Shown piece by piece: positions 38,682 to 48,149 of a stretch of DNA of 64,000 nucleotides (the first letter of the stretch is position 1; every line of letters begins with the position of its first letter). The stretch is from a bacterium. GTDB taxonomy: Bacteria > RBG-13-61-14 > DATKZS01. The stretch lies in the NCBI GenBank assembly GCA_963674965.2, contig CAXXFL010000006.1:384001-448000 (forward strand), given 5' to 3'. The notes under the pieces were generated by a model. It worked only from the letters and a program-made list of their open reading frames with translations, made no database searches and was not told where the DNA came from. Position numbers and translations under genes: made by a program.

Positions 38682-40406
38682 ATGGAACTGAGAATAGGCC
38701 GCGGCATAAAGCCCGTAAATCCCAGGAGCTTCATTCCGGACGACGCGGACCTGGGCGACCCGGAGGTGGTCGAATCGTTGTTCGACAAACTGGCCGGGCT
38801 TGCCCTGGAGGGACGCGAGGGTCTCGAGTCCTGGCTCCTTAAATGGAGCGAGCTGGCGTCGGCCATTCAGGAGGAGGAGGCCACCCGCTACATCCGGATG
38901 ACCCTGCAGACCGACGACGAGGACAGGGAAAAAGACTTCATGCACTTCGTGGAAAACATCTCGCCCCGGATCAAGCCCCGGCAGCACCAGATGGCCAAAA
39001 AGTTCCTCGAGTCTCCCTTCGTCGCCGAACTCGACCCCGATCGCTACGGCGTGTTGATAAGGGACCTCAAGAACGAGGTTTCCCTCTTCCGCGAGGAAAA
39101 CGTGGCCCTCCAGACGGAGGACGAGAAGCTGTCCCAGTCCTACCAGAAAACCATCGCCGCCATGACCATCGAGTGGGAGGGAGAGGAGATTACCCTCCAG
39201 CGGGCGGCCAAATACCTCGAGGTCACGGACCGGGAGGTGAGGCGCTCGGTTTGGGAAAGAATCACCGAGCGCAGGCTGAAGGACGCTGAAAAACTCGATG
39301 ACCTCTATGATGAAATGATCCGGATAAGGACGAGGATCGCCCAAAACGCGGGGTTCGAAAACTTCCGGGATTACGCCTTCAAGGCCCGGGGCCGCTTCGA
39401 TTACGGGGTGTCGGACTGCGAGAACTTCCACGCGGCCATCAAAGAGGTCGTAGTGCCCCTGTATCGGGAGAGGGAGGAACTCAGAAGAAAAAGAATGGGC
39501 CTTGACAAGCTTCGTCCCTGGGACCTCCAGCCCGATCCGCTTGGCCGGCCTCCCCTTCAGCCTTTCGAGAAGGTCGGCGAGCTACTGGACGGATGCGGGC
39601 GCATATTTGACGAACTCGATCCCGCGCTGGGCGAGCGTTTCAAATACATGGCCGATCACGAGCTCATCGAGCTCGAGAGCAGGAAGGGCAAGGCCCCCGG
39701 GGCCTACAGCCACAGCCTGGAGGAGACGCGGGTCCCCTTTATTTTTCAAAGCGCCGTGGGAAGGGACTCGGACGTCAACACCCTGCTCCACGAGTCGGGG
39801 CATTCCTTTCACACCCTCGAGAGCCGGGACGAGCCGCTCGTGTTCTACCGCCACGCTCCCATCGAGTTCGCCGAGGTGGCCTCGATGAGCATGGAGTTCC
39901 TCGGGAGCGACCACCTCGAGGTCTTTTATGGCGAGGAGGACGCCCTGCGCTCGAGGGAGCAGCATCTCGAGAGCGTGATCTGGATTTTCTGCTGGATCGC
40001 CGCGGTCGACGCCTTCCAGCACTGGGTATACACCCATCCCGGCCGCGGCCGGGAGGAAAGGGCCGCCGAGTGGACTCGTCTTCGCGATGAGTTCGGCGGC
40101 GTCGAGGACTGGTCGGGGCACGAGGAGGCCAGAAAACGCGAGTGGCACCGCCAGATTCATATTTTCGAGATACCATTTTATTACGTCGAGTACGGGATAG
40201 CCGAGTTGGGGGCGCTCCAGATTTGGGTCAGGGCCATGGATGACAAGAAGACCGCTCTCCAGGATTACCGCCGCGCCCTTTCGCTGGGGGGGTCCAGGCC
40301 GCTTCCCGATCTTTTTCGGGCGGCGGGCGTCAGGTTCGACATGACGGCCGAAACGCTGGCCCCCCTGATGGCGAGGGTCAGGAAGAAACTTGACGAGACG
40401 GGGTAG
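38682..40406 (+). CDS. M3B oligoendopeptidase F
   Basis: RKGKAPGAY, HESGH (HExxH), EFAEVASMSME, PFYYVEY; AGGAGG RBS before ATG 38682. Confidence 0.93.
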   Translation: MELRIGRGIKPVNPRSFIPDDADLGDPEVVESLFDKLAGLALEGREGLESWLLKWSELASAIQEEEATRYIRMTLQTDDEDREKDFMHFVENISPRIKPRQHQMAKKFLESPFVAELDPDRYGVLIRDLKNEVSLFREENVALQTEDEKLSQSYQKTIAAMTIEWEGEEITLQRAAKYLEVTDREVRRSVWERITERRLKDAEKLDDLYDEMIRIRTRIAQNAGFENFRDYAFKARGRFDYGVSDCENFHAAIKEVVVPLYREREELRRKRMGLDKLRPWDLQPDPLGRPPLQPFEKVGELLDGCGRIFDELDPALGERFKYMADHELIELESRKGKAPGAYSHSLEETRVPFIFQSAVGRDSDVNTLLHESGHSFHTLESRDEPLVFYRHAPIEFAEVASMSMEFLGSDHLEVFYGEEDALRSREQHLESVIWIFCWIAAVDAFQHWVYTHPGRGREERAAEWTRLRDEFGGVEDWSGHEEARKREWHRQIHIFEIPFYYVEYGIAELGALQIWVRAMDDKKTALQDYRRALSLGGSRPLPDLFRAAGVRFDMTAETLAPLMARVRKKLDETG

Positions 40407-40577
40407 ATTTATATAGCCGCGGAAGGGGCCCTGGGCCTCTCCCGGTTGGTTCCCGGGCCGATCTTCCAGGTCAAGAATGAAAAGGAATACGCGCGTGAAA
40501 ATTGTATACTACCATGGCCGCGGGGCGCGGGCCTCCCGCAACCCGACGCCCGCGGCGCCGGTTAAAAGGAGCGGCTG

Positions 40578-43500
40578 ATGTCGGACGATCGCAACCTGCT
40601 TTTCGGGGTAATGGCCGTCCAGCTCAAGTTCGTGACGCCCCAGGACCTCATGCTGGCGGCGGCCGCCTGGGCGGTCAACCGGGACGCCACTTTAAAAGAG
40701 CACCTGCTCGAGAAAGGCCTGATCACGGACCGCGTGTGCAACATGATCGAGGGCCTTCTTGAGGAACAGGTGGCGGCCCACGACGGCAACGTGCATAAGA
40801 CCCTGCAGAGCTTCGGAGGCGACCGGGCGGTCCACGAGAGCTTCGCCGCCTCCTCCGTCATATTCGAAAAAGGCGCCCTGGACAGCTTCGGGGGAGGCGA
40901 GCCGGCCACCGTCGCCATCCGAAAGGAGCCCGAGGCTTTTCCCGAGATAGGCTGCGTCTCCTCCTCCGGTTCTCCCGTCAACGCCGACGGGGGCGCCAAC
41001 GGCGAGCCCCTCGAGGACGTGGACGCCCTCACCTTCGAGCATCCCGGCCGCTATACCATCAAGGGCGAGCACTCGAAGGGAGGCATAGGCCGCATACTCG
41101 TGGCCTACGACTCGCACGTTGGCCGCGAGATAGCGATGAAGGAACTTTTGCCCGACGGCTCGATCGGCACCCCCAGCTTCGAGAGCGGCAGCCGCAAGAC
41201 GACGGCCCTGTTGAGGCGCTTTCTGAGGGAGGCCCGGGTAACGGGCCAGCTCGAGCATCCGGCCATCATTCCGGTTTACGAGGTGGGCAAGAGGCCCGAC
41301 GGCTCCATTTACTACACCATGAAGCTGGTGCGGGGAAGGACCCTGCAAACGGCCATCAAGGAGGCGGGCCGCCTGGAGGAAAGGCTCAAGCTTCTCACTC
41401 ATTTCCACGACCTGTGCAACGCTATCCGCTACGCTCATTCCCGCTGCGTGATCCATCGCGACATAAAGCCCCAGAACGTGATGGTGGGAGAGTTCGGCGA
41501 GACGGTGGTCCTTGACTGGGGCCTGGCCAAGGTCAAGGGCAAAAGGGACGACCGGGCCAGGAGCATCGAGCGCGACCTCCAGCTTATTCGCGAGGCCGGG
41601 GCCATGGAGACGGTCAAGGGGACCCCCATGGGCACGCCGGCCTACATGAGCCCGGAACAGGCGGAGGGCAAGCTGGAGGCGGTCGACGAGCGCTCCGACG
41701 TATGGAGCCTGGGCGCGGTGCTCTATGAGATACTGACCGGCGAGATTCCGTTCCAGGGGGTCAACGCCTACGAGATCATGGGGCACGTGTTAAAGGACGA
41801 CCCCCGGCCAGTGCGGTCCGTCGATCCACTGGCCCCCGACGAGATGGCGGCCGTGGCCATGAAGTGCCTTCGCAAGGAGCCCGAGGAGAGGTACCAGTCG
41901 GCCGAGGAACTTGCCCTCGACGTGGAAAACTATCTCACCGGCCGTCTCGTCTCGGCTTACGATTATTCCAGGGTGGCCCTGGCCAAGAGATGGATAAAAA
42001 AGAGATGGCCCATCGTTCTCACGGCCTCCGCCGCGATATTGGCGCTTCTAATAACCTTTGGCTGGTCCTACGTGAACATAAGGGCCGAAAAGGACAGGGT
42101 CGTCGAGCAGAGAAACGCGGCCCTTCGCAACATCGCCGAGGCCTATTTCGCCTATGGCCACTGGGCGGCGGCCGAAGCCAGGTGGCCCACGGCCGAGGTA
42201 TACCTGGCAAAATCCCTGTTAATGGACGATCGCGACGAGACTCGCTACGCCCTCAATTACGCCCATACCATGCCCCGGGTCCAGGCCAGGCTCAAGTTCC
42301 TCATGGCGGGACACGAGGGAAGCGTAATAAATATCGAGATCAGCCCTTACGGCGAATACCTGGCCTCGGCGGGACTGGACGGGACCGCCAGGCTCTGGAA
42401 CATGGAGACGGGCTCCGAGTTGGCGGTCTTTAAAAATCACACCGACAAGGTCTTCAACGTGGCCTTTTCCTCAGACGGCAAATATTTCGCCAGCGCCGGA
42501 GCGGACGGCCAAGTCTGCGTTTATGAGACGGGGAACGCCCGGTTTGTAAAGTGCATGCCCGGCACGGGCAAAAGGCTGTTCCGTCTGGCCTGGAGCCCCA
42601 CGCGGGATTTATTGGCGGCCGTCGGCGACGACCCGGTGGCCGTGGTCTGGGACACGGCCACCTGGAGCCGCAAATACGAGCTAATAGGCCATGACGCCAA
42701 GATATGGGGGATCGGCTTCAACCCGGCGGGAGATATCATCGCCACCTGGAGCCGGGACTGGACGGCCAGGACTTGGGACTCGCGGACGGGCAAGCCTCTC
42801 AGCCGTTTCGTGGGCCACCGGAACTCGGTCTCGAGCGCCGAGTTTCTTCCCGGCGGCAGGCTGATGTCAACCAGTTGGGACAAGACCCTTCGCGTCTGGG
42901 ACCTTCAGACGGGCGAGCAGATATTCGCCCATGACCATCCGGGAGCGCCCATCAGGGTCTTCCTCTTTCCCGACAAGCGCCGGGCCCTCATTGGATACGA
43001 GGAGGGCATGGTCAGGCTCATCGACACGGACGAGGACGAGGAAATCCGCTCGTGGAAATCGGCCCACTCGGGCCAGCTTCTGCACCTCGCCGGGCTGGGT
43101 ACCAGCGGCGGCTTCATCACCAGCGGCGGCGACGGTTTCGTACGGCTTTGGGACGTGGACGAGGAGGAGCCGGCCGAGACGCTTCAGGGGACGGAGGGGT
43201 TCTCGATCGAGCGCGTCGCCTCGGGCCCTTACGGCGACTCGATCGCCGCGGCGGGAAGGGACGGGATTATCCGAGTCTGGTCGCTTCGGGACAAGGGCGG
43301 GGTAAGGCGCGTCAAGGCCCTTGACTCCGACCTCCTGGACATGGCCCTTGACGGCGAGGGCAAGGTGGCGGCCGTGTCGGGCGACAAGGGAAGCGTGTCC
43401 ATCATCGACGCGGCGGGGGCCGAGCGCGTCGCGGTGCTCGTGGCCGACACCTCCGGGGCCGCGGTGAACGCCGTATCCCTCAGCGGGGACGGCCGGTTCA

Positions 43501-44447
43501 TGGTCACGGGAAGCGACTCCGGCCGGATCGGGTTCTTCGATCTTTCAGGACTTTGGCGCGAGGAGTCGCTCGAGCCGATGCGGTCAATCCTGGCCCACGG
43601 CGACACCGGCGGTCCAGTTCCGGTCAGGGCCGCCGCCGTCGGCGGTGACGGCAAAATCGCGGCCAGCGTGGGCGACGACGGCCGCGTCATAGTATGGGAC
43701 GTAAATTCGGGGGAGATGCTTCACCGGTTCTACTGCGAGATTGACAACGTAAGGCGCGTAATGGAGATCAGCCCCGACGGCAAGCTCCTGGCCGTCGGGG
43801 GCAAGGACGCCGACGTCAGGATATGGGACCTCGAGTCGGGCGCGCTCAAGTTTACTTTGAAGGGGCACTCGATAGGCGTGAGGCCGGTCAAGTTCAGCCC
43901 GGCGGGAAAGCTCCTGGCCTCCGGCGGCAAGGACGGCGACGTGAAAATATGGGACATGGCCGCGGGCAAGCTCCTCGCCACCCTGAAAGGGCACGGCCAT
44001 TGGGTCCGGATGATCGAGTTCTCGAACGACGGAAAGTTCATCGTCTCGGCGAGCATTATCGACAAGAAGGTGATTATCTGGGACACCTGGAAATGGAAGC
44101 CTCGGCATGAGGAAATCCTGACCGACCGTCCCCAGTCCATCGCCATCAGGCCCGACTCGGGTCTCGTCGCCATAGGATCGAGGGACCGAAAAATATGGCT
44201 TTGGGAGCCGAACTCGGGCAAGTTCCTCCACGTCATGGAAGGCCACCAGGGGTCGGTGGACCGCATGGCCTTCTTCAAGCATGGAAAAACCTATGACCTC
44301 CTTTCGATGGACTCCAAGGGCAAGGTATTCATCTGGCCCTTTAAAGACGAGATACTAAAGGGAGACTCCAGGAAAATTTTCGAGAAGACCCAGCAAAACA
44401 CCGGCCTCACGGTAAGGGGCATGGAACTGGCCCCCTGGAGTCCATAA
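40578..44447 (+). CDS. Hanks-type Ser/Thr kinase with TM and WD40 repeats
   Basis: GGIGRI, IAMKE, HRDIKPQN, DWGLAK, GTPAYMSPEQ, a TM segment, then more than 12 GH...WD repeats. Confidence 0.95.
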   Translation: MSDDRNLLFGVMAVQLKFVTPQDLMLAAAAWAVNRDATLKEHLLEKGLITDRVCNMIEGLLEEQVAAHDGNVHKTLQSFGGDRAVHESFAASSVIFEKGALDSFGGGEPATVAIRKEPEAFPEIGCVSSSGSPVNADGGANGEPLEDVDALTFEHPGRYTIKGEHSKGGIGRILVAYDSHVGREIAMKELLPDGSIGTPSFESGSRKTTALLRRFLREARVTGQLEHPAIIPVYEVGKRPDGSIYYTMKLVRGRTLQTAIKEAGRLEERLKLLTHFHDLCNAIRYAHSRCVIHRDIKPQNVMVGEFGETVVLDWGLAKVKGKRDDRARSIERDLQLIREAGAMETVKGTPMGTPAYMSPEQAEGKLEAVDERSDVWSLGAVLYEILTGEIPFQGVNAYEIMGHVLKDDPRPVRSVDPLAPDEMAAVAMKCLRKEPEERYQSAEELALDVENYLTGRLVSAYDYSRVALAKRWIKKRWPIVLTASAAILALLITFGWSYVNIRAEKDRVVEQRNAALRNIAEAYFAYGHWAAAEARWPTAEVYLAKSLLMDDRDETRYALNYAHTMPRVQARLKFLMAGHEGSVINIEISPYGEYLASAGLDGTARLWNMETGSELAVFKNHTDKVFNVAFSSDGKYFASAGADGQVCVYETGNARFVKCMPGTGKRLFRLAWSPTRDLLAAVGDDPVAVVWDTATWSRKYELIGHDAKIWGIGFNPAGDIIATWSRDWTARTWDSRTGKPLSRFVGHRNSVSSAEFLPGGRLMSTSWDKTLRVWDLQTGEQIFAHDHPGAPIRVFLFPDKRRALIGYEEGMVRLIDTDEDEEIRSWKSAHSGQLLHLAGLGTSGGFITSGGDGFVRLWDVDEEEPAETLQGTEGFSIERVASGPYGDSIAAAGRDGIIRVWSLRDKGGVRRVKALDSDLLDMALDGEGKVAAVSGDKGSVSIIDAAGAERVAVLVADTSGAAVNAVSLSGDGRFMVTGSDSGRIGFFDLSGLWREESLEPMRSILAHGDTGGPVPVRAAAVGGDGKIAASVGDDGRVIVWDVNSGEMLHRFYCEIDNVRRVMEISPDGKLLAVGGKDADVRIWDLESGALKFTLKGHSIGVRPVKFSPAGKLLASGGKDGDVKIWDMAAGKLLATLKGHGHWVRMIEFSNDGKFIVSASIIDKKVIIWDTWKWKPRHEEILTDRPQSIAIRPDSGLVAIGSRDRKIWLWEPNSGKFLHVMEGHQGSVDRMAFFKHGKTYDLLSMDSKGKVFIWPFKDEILKGDSRKIFEKTQQNTGLTVRGMELAPWSP

Positions 44448-44746
44448 TGACAAACGGACTTTAAAATTTCATAACCCATGGCGGCTCGAGGCAATTTGGA
44501 GAGCTTCCTCAAACTGAATTATGGTATGGATTACGAGATCACCTGAAGAAGCTGAAGGGATTGGTCGTCACGGATTTCATAACCGATCGCGTCACTGAGG
44601 CCTGGATAGACTTTTCGTATCGAGGCCATGCATTTTCAATAAACGATCAATTCGGGGAATACTGGTTTTTCGTTGAGGACCCAAATTGCCCTGACGAAAT
44701 TTTGTTCGACGTTTTAGGCCATTGCGAGAAGTTTTTAAAAAATTGA
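44447..44746 (+). pseudogene. small hypothetical gene with an in-frame TAA at codon 6
   Basis: ATG overlaps the kinase stop. Reads MTNGL*NFITHGGSRQFGELPQTELWYGLRDHLKKLKG and continues in frame into ORF 44561-44746. Confidence 0.6.
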
Positions 44747-44813
44747 AGACGGGCCGCGGTTGGCCCACCTTTATTATCCTTCTTATATTTTTCACGTCGC
44801 AATAAAGTCTTTC

Positions 44814-45230
44814 TTACGCCATCAGGTCCTCGGGCTCGACTCCCAGCGCTTTGGCCAGTTTGCAGGCGCACGATTTCGTGACCTTTTTGTCTCCCGCCTC
44901 GATTTTCTCGAGGTGAGACCTTGAGAAACCCGAGAGGCTGGACAACTCGTCCAGGCCCAGTCCGGCCTGAAGGCGCGTATATTTGAGCGGACAGCGCCCG
45001 AGTTGTCGGCAAAGGTCATCGTGCTCGATGACCTCCTCGTCCCGGTCGAGGCCGCCGGCTTGCTCATACTCGCAAAGGTCCACGTAGTCCTCCAGGTCTT
45101 CCATCAGCCTCTCCCAAACCTCCATGGGCACGATCACCGCCCGCTCGGTCCCTACCCTTATCTCCTGCACGCCCGAGGGCCAGGCCGGCCTTTTCCGTTT
45201 CTCTTCCTTCCCGGTCTTTTGCTTCGCCAT
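44814..45230 (-). CDS. antitoxin with C-terminal XRE HTH (HigA-like)
   Basis: AVIVPMEVWERLMEDLED N-region; RLQAGLGLDELSSLSGFSRSHLEKIEAG...KLAKALGV HTH; 4 nt after toxin. Confidence 0.85.
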   Translation of the reverse strand: MAKQKTGKEEKRKRPAWPSGVQEIRVGTERAVIVPMEVWERLMEDLEDYVDLCEYEQAGGLDRDEEVIEHDDLCRQLGRCPLKYTRLQAGLGLDELSSLSGFSRSHLEKIEAGDKKVTKSCACKLAKALGVEPEDLMA

Positions 45231-45234
45231 TAGG

Positions 45235-45498
45235 TCACCTCTTATACACGTCTCCGCGGGGCCTGATAAGGACCACGAGGATGATCATTTCTCCATCCCT
45301 TAGCTCGAATATGATTCTGAACGCCCCGGCCCGGAGCCTGTAGGCGGGGCGATAGGCCAGACGCTTGACGCCGAGGCTCGGAGAAAAGGGGTCCTCAGCC
45401 AGGCGCTCGATCCGGTCCAGAATTTTTTCTCTTCGCTCCCCGGTCAGGCGCTTTAAATAGGAAACCGCCCTCTTCCTGTATCTTACCGAGTAAGCCAT
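45235..45498 (-). CDS. RelE/ParE-family toxin
   Basis: MAYSVRYRKRA, GVKRL, YRLRAGAFRIIFE, IRPRGDVYK; 87 aa, very basic. Confidence 0.9.
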   Translation of the reverse strand: MAYSVRYRKRAVSYLKRLTGERREKILDRIERLAEDPFSPSLGVKRLAYRPAYRLRAGAFRIIFELRDGEMIILVVLIRPRGDVYKR

Positions 45499-45505
45499 GA
45501 GGGAG

Positions 45506-45534
45506 ATTATGCCCGAGGATGATGGGCGGGTCAA
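45506..45534 (-). promoter_or_regulatory. promoter of the TA operon (leaderless toxin mRNA)
   Basis: TTGACC, 17-nt spacer, CATAAT, then 7 nt to ATG 45498; no SD. Confidence 0.6.
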
Positions 45535-45556
45535 AGGTAAGAGGGACTTGGGCCGG

Positions 45557-46441
45557 CTACTCCGGTCCGGCCCAGAAGGCGGAGATCATGGTGTAGATAA
45601 GCGAAGCCGCGGTGAAGCTCGCGTGGTGAAGACACTTGATGGGCGCCATCTCCATCACGTCGAAGCCGACCACCTTCCTGCCCGAGGCCGACAGGGCCAG
45701 GACCAGGTCGATAATATGGTAGTAGTCGAGTCCTCCCGGCTCGGGCGTTCCCGTGGCGGGCATGATCGAGGGGTCAAGGACGTCCACGTCCAGGGTCAGG
45801 TAGACCTCCTTGCCCAGGGGGGCCAGGGTCTTTTCTATCCAGTCGTCCCGCTTCATGACGTAGCTCGCCGGAATGACCTCTTTTTGATTTTCCTCGAGCC
45901 AGTCCCTTTCGGCTTGTGACATGGACCTGATCCCGACCTGGACGAAGTCCATTCCCATGTCCGCGACCCTTTTCATTACGCAGGCGTGGGAGTGGGCCGT
46001 TCCCTCATAGGAGTCCCGAAGGTCGGCGTGAGCGTCGAGCTGGAGCACGCAAAGTCCAGGATGAAACTCGAGACAGGCCGCCGCGGCCCCGGCCGTAAGG
46101 GAGTGCTCGCCGCCGACGGTCACGGGATACTTGTCTGATTTTAAATGCCGGGTCACTTCCTCTTTCACCGCCTGAACGGCCCCTTCCGGTTCCTCGTGCA
46201 TCTTGATGGGAGGAACGCCGTGAATGCCGATCTTGTAGGCTTCCCTTTTAGTGGTGAAGTCGTAAAGCTCGATATTGGGCGAGGCCTCGAGGATGGCGTC
46301 GGGTCCGTTTGCCGTGCCTTCCTTCCACGATACGGTCCCCTCGTAAGAGGCCGGAATAATTACTACTTTAGACGTTTCGAGGTCGCGATATGGAGACTTC
46401 AGCCCAAACCACGCCTCGGGTGTTTTATTTATTTTGCCCAT
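45557..46441 (-). CDS. speB: agmatinase
   Basis: GGEHS, LDAHADL, SHAC, GIRS, DVDVLDPS, TGTPEPGG. Confidence 0.95.
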   Translation of the reverse strand: MGKINKTPEAWFGLKSPYRDLETSKVVIIPASYEGTVSWKEGTANGPDAILEASPNIELYDFTTKREAYKIGIHGVPPIKMHEEPEGAVQAVKEEVTRHLKSDKYPVTVGGEHSLTAGAAAACLEFHPGLCVLQLDAHADLRDSYEGTAHSHACVMKRVADMGMDFVQVGIRSMSQAERDWLEENQKEVIPASYVMKRDDWIEKTLAPLGKEVYLTLDVDVLDPSIMPATGTPEPGGLDYYHIIDLVLALSASGRKVVGFDVMEMAPIKCLHHASFTAASLIYTMISAFWAGPE

Positions 46442-46600
46442 TTATTGTCTCCCGAGATTCTTGCAAAAGTCCTTATTCTTGGCGGCATAGCCGCTTTGGA
46501 GCGCGGTCGCTTGAGACCGCTTTTAATGGCCTTGGCTTGACAAGGCTTAATACAGAGGCTTGCCTCGCGTCAAGCCGCTCGGAAGAAAAGCGGCGTCGAG

Positions 46601-48048
46601 TGTACAGACCGGAGACATGCTTCACAAGTGTTCGGGCACATAGGTAACATATTTCCTCGCTTGCTCGCGCTCCTGCTATTGACCTATTTTTCCTCGACCT
46701 AAGTTTATCTATGCATCGATCACGTGGCCAGTCAAGGGCGGCGCAGCCGTCCCGCAGGGATTTACCCTTGACGGGCCTCGTGGAGATGCTATCGTCCTCA
46801 TGGTCGAGAAAACCTTTTATCACGTTTGCCTCCAGCTATGGTCTCGCAGATCGACGACCATGATCCGTTGGCGGCAGTAATAAACCTCGATCACGCCGTC
46901 CACTTGTGTATTTCGCAAGCCGACCTTTTCACCAACGAAGGCCCGCCCCACTGGATAAAACTCGCCTTTGATTCTAACCGCCCCGCCCGGGTTCACCTTG
47001 CAAGTCGGCCAATCATCCCGATACCAGACTTCGGGCAGAGTCTCGGGATAGGCAAAGGGGCTCATCGCGTAACGGCTGGCCGGCGTGTTCATGTCCAGGG
47101 CCTCGTGGGGACGTTCATGGTTATAGCAGTCGCGAAAACGGTCGAAGGCTTTCTGACAGTCGTTCAGGTCGCCGAAGTTGCGTCCCCTTATCGCCTCCTC
47201 CTTAAGGGTCCGGTTGAACCGCTCGTTCTTGCCCTGGGTCTGGGGATGAAAGGGACGGCCGTGGCTGATGCCGACGCCGAGCCTGATCAGCCAGGCGCTC
47301 ATGTAGTTGTAACGCGAGTTCGGCGCGCAGAAGCTCGATCCGTTGTCGGTAAGTATGCGGCTGGGCAGGCCGTAGCGCATGAAGACCGGCGCCAGGCTTG
47401 CCCGCACGGTGTCCGCCCGTTCGTTGGAGCAGGCGGTGACCGTCAACGCGAACCTGGAGTGGTCGTCCACCACGGTGAGAGGGTGACAGGAACCGGCCGC
47501 CGTCGGAAAATGTCCCTTGAAATCCATCTGCCACAACTGGTTGGGAGCCTCTCGTTCGAAACGCTTCATGGGACCGCGAGCCTTGCGCTGGGCGTCCCGC
47601 AGCCTGCCGTTGCGGTCGAGGATCGCCGTGATCGTGCTCGGCCTTGGCACTTCGTCGTGACCAAGATCGATCAGCCGCCGCTCGATTTTGCGCCCTCCCC
47701 AGGTCGGATGCTCGTCGCGAACCGAAAGCACCAACTGCTCGACCTCCGGGCAAACACGCTGGGGAGATCGCCTGGGACGGCGGGACCTGTCACATGCCCA
47801 GTCCTCTTCACCGCTTTGCCCACGGCTGATCCACTTGTAGCCGGTGCGGCGACTGATACCGAATCGACGGCATAACTCGCTTATGTTGGAACCTGGCTGC
47901 ATCGCTAAATAAACAAAATCCTTCCTCTGAGACACTTCGGTAACCTCATTCCATGGCATCTTTCTTCTCCTGTATTGACATACAGAAGAATGTACCAACT
48001 GTTACCCATGTCTCCGAACACCTGTTACCCATGTCTCCGGTCTGTACA
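46601..48048 (-). mobile_element. IS481-family insertion sequence, 1448 bp, apparently intact
   Basis: TGT...ACA ends; 19-bp perfect IR TGTACAGACCGGAGACATG extending to ~49 bp imperfect; CGAG duplication (46597-46600, 48049-48052). Confidence 0.95.
46820..47959 (-). CDS. IS481 DDE transposase
   Basis: MPW..., LCRRFGISRRTGYKW HTH, WQMDFKG, VDDHSR, TDNG, HPQTQGKNERFNRTLK, YNHERPHEAL; AGGAG RBS before ATG 47959. Confidence 0.97.
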   Translation of the reverse strand: MPWNEVTEVSQRKDFVYLAMQPGSNISELCRRFGISRRTGYKWISRGQSGEEDWACDRSRRPRRSPQRVCPEVEQLVLSVRDEHPTWGGRKIERRLIDLGHDEVPRPSTITAILDRNGRLRDAQRKARGPMKRFEREAPNQLWQMDFKGHFPTAAGSCHPLTVVDDHSRFALTVTACSNERADTVRASLAPVFMRYGLPSRILTDNGSSFCAPNSRYNYMSAWLIRLGVGISHGRPFHPQTQGKNERFNRTLKEEAIRGRNFGDLNDCQKAFDRFRDCYNHERPHEALDMNTPASRYAMSPFAYPETLPEVWYRDDWPTCKVNPGGAVRIKGEFYPVGRAFVGEKVGLRNTQVDGVIEVYYCRQRIMVVDLRDHSWRQT

Positions 48049-48096
48049 CGAGCCGCCGCACTCCAAAACAGGACTTTTGCAGGAGGCTCTCCCGAT

Positions 48097-48137
48097 AAAA
48101 AAAGCGGACGGCGGTCGCGAGAGGGACCACCATCCGC
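48097..48137 (-). terminator. intrinsic terminator downstream of pdaD
   Basis: 13-bp stem GCGGATGGTGGTC/GACCGCCGTCCGC (two G-U pairs) followed by T7 on the minus strand. Confidence 0.8.
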
Positions 48138-48149
48138 CCTACCCTTCTT

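Larger units (their letters stand above)
46454..48089. mobile_element. ~185-bp REP-doublet MITE, copy C, interrupted by IS481
   Basis: 46454-46600 plus 48053-48089 reconstitute 184 bp matching copies A and B. TIRs GAGATTCTTGCAAAAGTCC / GGACTTTTGCAGGAGGCTC; flanking TCCC direct repeat (46450-53, 48090-93). Confidence 0.85.

Noticed and set aside
40578-45498. Kinase-WD40 plus TA pair as one anti-phage defence system
   Set aside because: Convergent, separately promoted units, both common families; nothing in the sequence links them.
47995-48048. Tandem TGTTACCCATGTCTCCG repeats resembling a mini-CRISPR
   Set aside because: Only two units with a 6-bp gap; they are the repeated transposase-binding sites in the IS481 end.
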